A stretch of 64,000 nucleotides of DNA. Source: an uncultured Gemmatimonadales bacterium. Its GTDB lineage: Bacteria > Gemmatimonadota > Gemmatimonadetes > Gemmatimonadales > GWC2-71-9. The stretch is from assembly GCA_963730185.1 (NCBI GenBank), contig CAVSQW010000001.1, positions 64,001 through 128,000 on the forward strand. The letters run 5' to 3'. Below are positions 60,829 to 64,000 of the stretch, in pieces. Numbering within the stretch: position 1 is the first letter of the stretch; every line of letters begins with the position of its first letter. Below the pieces are notes generated by a model, which did not search any database, was not told the DNA's origin, and worked only from the letters and a program-made list of their open reading frames with translations. A program made the position numbers and the translations under genes.

Positions 60829-61759
60829 AGGCCAAGTCGATCGCCGGCCCGCTCGGCGCGAGGTCTTCGGTCATGCCCAGGAACCATTCGGGTCCTCGCT
60901 TGGCCTTGAGCAGGAACCCGTAGTCGAGCGTGAGCTCCCGCTCGTCCAGCGAGCTGAAGGTGGTACCCTGGTAGTTGGAGGACTGGTAGAAGATGTTGAT
61001 GAAGGCCGCTTGCCGTCCCCAAAACCGGTACCGCGCTCCACCGCCGAGCGAGTGGAAGACCGTTCGCTGGAAGTCCTGCAAGTCGCCGTGGCGGGGCGTG
61101 TATCCCAGCCCCGCGCTCCCCTCCAAGGTCAGGCGGCCGTCGACCGCTCCGCGCATCGTGGTGACGGCCGCGACCGACGCGACCCCCCGTCCATAGCCGA
61201 CCGGGCCGGTCGAGGTCGGGAGGGTGACCGAGACGGCAGTTTGCCAGAACCGGGTGTGCCGGTGTCCGGCGACCAGCCGGACGTCACCGAGGAAGCCCGA
61301 GGACCCCTGGCGCTCGAATCGCCGCCCGTCGGGCAGCTCGATCAGGTAGGTGAACTGGTCGTTGGGCACCACCTCGCGGGCCGCGACTCGGAGGCCGGTG
61401 AAGCTGTGGTACCAGTTCAGGAACCCGTCGAGGAACCCACCCCAGGCCGCGTTGTACGAGGCCGACGCCCCGAGAAAGACCGGTCCCACGTTCCGGATCA
61501 CCGTGGCGTCGAGCCGGGCGAATTCCCCGTCGAGGATGAACCGGCTGGTCGTGTGGTCGTTGTACTCGATGGCGCTGCCGTAGTCGAGCAGCAGCCGGAC
61601 ATCCCACGGTCGGCTCCGCTCGACGTAGGGCTGAAAGTAGACGCTGCTCCGGCTGGTCAGCACCGGGTTCACAGGTTGGTACGCCGGGAGGCCCTGGGCC
61701 GGGAGGGCGGTCACGGCGACCATCACGAGCAGCAGTGGGAAGAGTAGAGGCCGGGTCAC
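60806..61759 (-). CDS. Putative outer-membrane beta-barrel protein (DUF3187-like)
   Basis: Signal peptide; GGFLDGFLNWYH; alternating beta strands; EDL...D..F and terminal Trp. Confidence 0.6.
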   Translation of the reverse strand: MTRPLLFPLLLVMVAVTALPAQGLPAYQPVNPVLTSRSSVYFQPYVERSRPWDVRLLLDYGSAIEYNDHTTSRFILDGEFARLDATVIRNVGPVFLGASASYNAAWGGFLDGFLNWYHSFTGLRVAAREVVPNDQFTYLIELPDGRRFERQGSSGFLGDVRLVAGHRHTRFWQTAVSVTLPTSTGPVGYGRGVASVAAVTTMRGAVDGRLTLEGSAGLGYTPRHGDLQDFQRTVFHSLGGGARYRFWGRQAAFINIFYQSSNYQGTTFSSLDERELTLDYGFLLKAKRGPEWFLGMTEDLAPSGPAIDLAFRIGARW

Positions 61760-62421
61760 CAGGCCTCCGGTCCAGTGTAGCGGGGTCGATGCGCGGAGGG
61801 TCGCGTCTCGGCTGCCGGCCCCGGTCGCGCCGGGTCCGTCCTGAGCACGTCGCCGATCACGTCATCGAGCGGAAGGAGCTGCGGGACCAGGGCGGGCACG
61901 GTGGGCGGGTGGCCGGCCACCAGGCTGGCGCCGATCACCTGGCCGAGCAGGGCCCGGGCCCGGAGCAGGGCGGAGTCGCCGCCGCCCAGCTCCGGAGCGC
62001 GGGCAAGCTCCGCGGCGAGCGGCTCGAGGACCGCCTCGCGATAACGCTCCACCAGCGACGGGAAGTGGGCGCCCTCGGACACGAGGATCCGGAGGATCTC
62101 GGCGTGCGGCGTCGTCCGGCTGCCGCTCCAGAGGGCGCCGATCCGCTCGCGAAGTCCGGCGTTCGGCACCGTCGGGGCCAGGGGTGCGGTCACCGTCTCG
62201 TCGACCAGGGCGGTCATCAGGCCAGCCTTGTCCGCGAAGTAGCGATAGACCGTCCCGACGGTCACCCGCGCGGCGCGCGCGATGTCTTCGATGGTGGTGG
62301 CGGTGTAGCCCCGCTCCGCGAAGAGGCGGAGCGCGGCGTCGCGGAGCTCGCCGGGGCGAGCGGCGCTTCGGCGGGTCCAACTCCGTTTGGTGGTCGGGAG
62401 ACGTCGGCCGGACGGCGGCAT
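61756..62421 (-). CDS. TetR/AcrR family transcriptional regulator
   Basis: ALRLFAERGYTATTIEDIARAARVTVGTVYRYFADK HTH. Confidence 0.9.
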   Translation of the reverse strand: MPPSGRRLPTTKRSWTRRSAARPGELRDAALRLFAERGYTATTIEDIARAARVTVGTVYRYFADKAGLMTALVDETVTAPLAPTVPNAGLRERIGALWSGSRTTPHAEILRILVSEGAHFPSLVERYREAVLEPLAAELARAPELGGGDSALLRARALLGQVIGASLVAGHPPTVPALVPQLLPLDDVIGDVLRTDPARPGPAAETRPSAHRPRYTGPEAW

Positions 62422-62426
62422 GACGG

Positions 62427-62455
62427 ATGATAGCGGCGGGTTCACGACCGGCCAA
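62427..62455 (-). promoter_or_regulatory. Sigma70-type promoter TTGGCC-N17-TATCAT (leaderless tetR)
   Basis: The -10 element lies 5 nt upstream of ATG 62421; no Shine-Dalgarno sequence. Confidence 0.45.
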
Positions 62456-62530
62456 GCGCGCTGGAAGGCGAACCGGGCGGAACGGCCGTCAAACTGGCCG
62501 CTCCGCCCGGTCGCTCGACGATGTCGGAAG

Positions 62531-63421
62531 CTACTCGTCGTCGCGGTCGATCTTGGCCGATACCGTCTGCCGGGTCCGGTTCCGCATGATCTCCAGCTTG
62601 ACCGACTCACCCGGCCCGTAGGAGCGAAGAATCCGGAGGAGGCTGGCGGGGCCGCGGGGTTCGCGCCCGTCGACGCTCAGGATGACGTCGCCGCCCTTGA
62701 GCCCGAAGGTGTTCTGCTTGGGGACGTCGATCACCAGCACGCCGTCGGCGGTGCCGAAGTAGGTCCCGAGATCGGGGTTGAGCGGGGCCAGCTCGAGGTC
62801 GGCGAAGGGACCACCGAACCCGAAGGCGAAGGCACCGTCCTGCTTCGGCAGGAGCTGCCGAAAGCGGATCGTTGGGAGGTCGTCCTCGACCCTGAACCGC
62901 GCCCCTTGCTCGGGGAGCCGGAAGACGAACGCGCTGTCGTCGAGCGGCGCCAACGCCATGGTCGGCTCGCGGTCGGCGACCACTTTGGCGGTCCGCGTTT
63001 CCTTGCCGCGGCGATACTCGACCTTCGCGGTGTCGCCCGGATCCAGCCTGGCCACCATCTCGATCAGGCGGAAGGCGGCGGTCGAGCCGGCGTCCTGCGG
63101 GTCGCGATAGAGGCCCCGTCGGCCGTCGACCAGCGACTGGCCGTCGACCCGGGTGATGATGTCGCCGGCCTGCATCCCGGCCCGGCCCGCCGGCCCGCCC
63201 GGGGTAACCGAGTTGATGGTGGCGCCGATGGAGTCGTTCTCCACCGCGTTCATGTCGACCACCACTCCGAGCCGAGCCCGGCGGCGCACCACCAGGTCGA
63301 GCGGGCTCATCTCGCGTCCGTCCACCCAGATCCGGGCCCGCGCCGGCTGGCGTTGCTGGGCTGCGAGCGGCATGACCGCTCCGAGCGCCAACGTGATGAA
63401 ACCGATCTTCCGAACCAGCAT
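62531..63421 (-). CDS. Exported tandem-PDZ protein without a protease domain
   Basis: Signal peptide; two PDZ units (RLGV...VTPGGPA..AGMQAGDII and GLKGGDVILSVDG). Confidence 0.82.
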   Translation of the reverse strand: MLVRKIGFITLALGAVMPLAAQQRQPARARIWVDGREMSPLDLVVRRRARLGVVVDMNAVENDSIGATINSVTPGGPAGRAGMQAGDIITRVDGQSLVDGRRGLYRDPQDAGSTAAFRLIEMVARLDPGDTAKVEYRRGKETRTAKVVADREPTMALAPLDDSAFVFRLPEQGARFRVEDDLPTIRFRQLLPKQDGAFAFGFGGPFADLELAPLNPDLGTYFGTADGVLVIDVPKQNTFGLKGGDVILSVDGREPRGPASLLRILRSYGPGESVKLEIMRNRTRQTVSAKIDRDDE

Positions 63422-63442
63422 TGCTCTACTCCCCGGGTTCAC

Positions 63443-64000
63443 TCAGAACCCCACGTATCGGGCACCGGTCAAATGCACATCCATCAGGGCGTCGAGCAGC
63501 CCGACCCGCTCCCGCCACAACCGTAATGCTTCACGGTCGCGATTGGTCGCATCCATCAAGTCGACGACCTGAATCTGCCGGTCTACCCGGGCCAACCGAT
63601 CCTCCAGCGACGCGGTGATGCTCGCGGCGCGGCCGTCCACGACCTGCCGGTCGGGATCGAAGCTCGCGAGAGCCCGCTCCATCTGCTGCGACCGGGCCAT
63701 CGCCTCCTGAAGCGCGGGCGTGTCGGTCGCCGAGACGAGCTGCCGTTCCGGTCGATGCTGAACGACCACGACCGCCAGGGTGAAGGAAGCGGCCAGGGCC
63801 ACCCCACCCATGACCACCCGCCAGGCTCGCCGCCGGCGTTCGGCGTGAACCTGGCGCCGGACCGCGGCGAAGCGGTCGCGCGACGGCCGGAGGGTGGGAA
63901 GCGCTTTGAGCCGAGCCACCCGCTGGTCCAACCGCTCGAGCTCGACCCGACAGGCCGAACAGGCGGCGATGTGGTCGCGCCAGCTCTGGACGCCGGGCTC
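63443..64000 (-). CDS. Zinc-finger (zf-HC2) anti-sigma factor, 5' end outside the window
   Basis: Frame is open from base 64000: EPGVQSWRDHIAACSACRVELERL (HxxxCxxC), followed by one TM helix. Confidence 0.8.
   Translation of the reverse strand, partial: EPGVQSWRDHIAACSACRVELERLDQRVARLKALPTLRPSRDRFAAVRRQVHAERRRRAWRVVMGGVALAASFTLAVVVVQHRPERQLVSATDTPALQEAMARSQQMERALASFDPDRQVVDGRAASITASLEDRLARVDRQIQVVDLMDATNRDREALRLWRERVGLLDALMDVHLTGARYVGF

Overview
High-GC (about 70%), gene-dense bacterial chromosomal segment. Gene content and style suggest Gemmatimonadota, which is inference only. I found about 62 protein-coding genes and no rRNA, tRNA, CRISPR array, IS element or phage genes. Main blocks: (1) hydrolase, DinB, CPBP and ABC-2 genes (1-6.5 kb); (2) a translationally coupled 14-kb MoxR/vWA/DUF58/BatA operon that also encodes a caspase-fold pseudo-peptidase, a TPR-gluzincin, a DUF4159 protein and a giant coiled-coil protein (6.6-20.8 kb); (3) peptidases and an amino-acid dehydrogenase; (4) an ECF sigma / anti-sigma / two exported HEAT-repeat proteins / S41 protease module (25.4-30.8 kb); (5) metabolic and envelope genes, including an exported truncated haemoglobin and a cupredoxin lipoprotein; (6) a peptidase-GAF-HDAC-PolX-Nth run in which PolX lacks its polymerase aspartates; (7) a second ECF sigma / anti-sigma / Spy-like / TolC-MacAB-type operon, fabH, yggX and a third anti-sigma at the right edge. 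The most notable non-coding signal is a recurring ECF-type promoter, (G/C)AAC-N17-(C/T)GT(A/C), found in six intergenic regions, including ahead of the MoxR operon and both sigma genes. About seven single-base frameshifts look like long-read assembly errors rather than real pseudogenes. Family assignments come from motif recognition; no database searches were run.
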